From contig JBCBJQ010000035.1 of assembly GCA_038523235.1 (NCBI GenBank), positions 1 to 51,828 on the forward strand: a stretch of DNA of 51,828 bases, given 5' to 3'. The position numbers and the translations under genes are program-made. Below are positions 49,468 through 51,828 of this stretch, piece after piece (positions within the stretch are counted from its first letter, which is position 1; each line of letters begins with the position of its first letter). The DNA comes from Cyanobacteria bacterium J06626_4 (GTDB taxonomy: Bacteria; Cyanobacteriota; Cyanobacteriia; Phormidesmidales; Phormidesmidaceae). A model generated the notes under the pieces. The model had not been told where the DNA came from, made no database searches, and saw nothing but the letters and a program-made list of their open reading frames with translations.

Positions 49468-49656
49468 CTAGCGCGCAGGCTCCGCGATCGCCGTTTTGGA
49501 GGATTCAGCGGCAGCGGCCTCAGCTGGCAGCTGGCCCAAAGAATTTGCGAGAAGACCAGCAGAAAGATTTGGGTGGGGCACCGTATCAGCGATGAGCACT
49601 GTTATCACAATCGCCAAAACCAAACGACCGAGCTTAATCTCTTTAAGAACTTGCAT
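49468..49656 (-). CDS. Small hypothetical membrane protein
   Basis: RBS AAGGAG, N-terminal hydrophobic helix. Confidence 0.45.
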   Translation of the reverse strand: MQVLKEIKLGRLVLAIVITVLIADTVPHPNLSAGLLANSLGQLPAEAAAAESSKTAIAEPAR

Positions 49657-49886
49657 GAGTCTAGTCTCCTTGGGGGCGTGAGGTGAACTGAACCTGATAT
49701 CGCCAAGATAAGCTGGAAACTAGCGGCAAAGAAGGTCAAAACGAGTCATGGGCATGGCCGAAACCGGCAAGGTTGAATTCACGGAGCGGTTGGGGGCTAC
49801 AGCAGAGGGTTCAAGGTGCAGCGATTATCTTGAAAGTCAAGGGAACGGCTCAGAATATTGACTGTCGCTGACCTCAAAAGGGGTTC

Positions 49887-51095
<1,209 letters not shown>

Positions 51096-51280
51096 AACAT
51101 ACAAGGGAAGGGCCTTGCCGCAAGCGATCCGGCGATTCAAAGTGTCCAAACCTGATTGCGGCTCACTACAGGTTGCCGCGCAGACGTCACCCCAAAACAA
51201 AACCGCTGCTTACGTAGTAAGTAGCTGGCACGACTTGGCAATTTACGAGCAGAGAAAATTAGAGGCTGGCGATCGCCCAA

Positions 51281-51828
51281 TTAAGTGGGCATGAGCACCT
51301 CCATCATCTGAGCGATGGAGCGCCCCTGAGCCAGGAGCCCCTGCGTCATCTCCAGCAGTTGCTGCAAAGCTTCGCGACCCAAAGTGTAGAGTCGTTGGCC
51401 AATGGTTTGCTCGTGGTTTTGAGCAAAGTCAAACCGTTCCGATGAATGCCCCGAGCCCGACGTCGCTTGGAGTAACGACTGCGCGACGCAACTCAGGCAG
51501 AAGTGGCGTTTCACCGCTTCCTCCTTGCGTAGCTGAGCCGACTCAAAGCCGACGAGGTGCTTGGCAAACTCATGAAAGGTCTCAATCGGCCAGCGATAAC
51601 TCCAGATGGCAAAGGTGCGGGCACTGTCCTAATGCAGGGCATCGGTCAATAGAAAGCGGGGAGCATCACTGAGCTCAGCGGTTTCATGGACGATAACGAG
51701 TCGTTTCGAACCCTACTTTTTCAACCGCACGGTCTTAGTAAAGGCCCAAATTTCCTGTTTCTGGCCGTTACGACAGGTGAGCACTTTGGCTCGAAAACTC
51801 TCAGGATGTTCTAGGCGCAGCGTCTGGG
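51281..51828 (-). pseudogene. IS701-like DDE transposase C-terminal part with premature stops
   Basis: 'WSYRWPIETFHEFAKHLVGFESAQLR'; in-frame TAG at 51629-51631 and 51713-51715. Confidence 0.8.

Overview
Cyanobacterial chromosomal DNA (dense HIP1 GCGATCGC octamers, heptamer STRR repeats, DUF1400/DUF4278/Uma2 genes). Bases 1-15 kb are accessory genes: a secreted AhpD-like protein, a porin-like protein, MscS, an RND pump deletion scar, hydrolases, a channel and a WD40 protein. Bases 15.3-23.7 kb are a minus-strand translation-stress island resembling the TrcR-repressed trn operon of Anabaena PCC 7120. In transcription order it holds an HNH gene with a structured leader, an alr0857-like gene, 29 tRNA genes covering all 20 amino acids, a conserved hypothetical gene, a SEC-C gene, a DIP1984-like gene and rtcB. 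Unusual signals in the island: (i) two consecutive genes appear to need +1 frameshifts at UUU-Y Phe codons, and the SEC-C gene needs two; (ii) the array tRNA-Phe has an atypical G37; (iii) an 83-nt tmRNA-like RNA has only the tRNA-like domain; (iv) a 189-nt tRNA-like RNA has a large anticodon-arm domain; (v) a cloverleaf-like RNA lies upstream of rtcB; (vi) a ~310-nt structured RNA with a terminator lies upstream of the HNH gene; (vii) 24-26 nt double-hairpin micro-elements interrupt four tRNAs and a pseudo-tRNA. Bases 23.8-49.7 kb are mostly ordinary: DevBCCA exporter, MATE, sir, pheA, a MoxR cluster, a secreted repeat protein and dnaB with an intein. The window ends with an IS110 element whose bridge-RNA guides match its own insertion site, then a decayed IS701-like transposase. 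All calls were made by eye, with no database searches.
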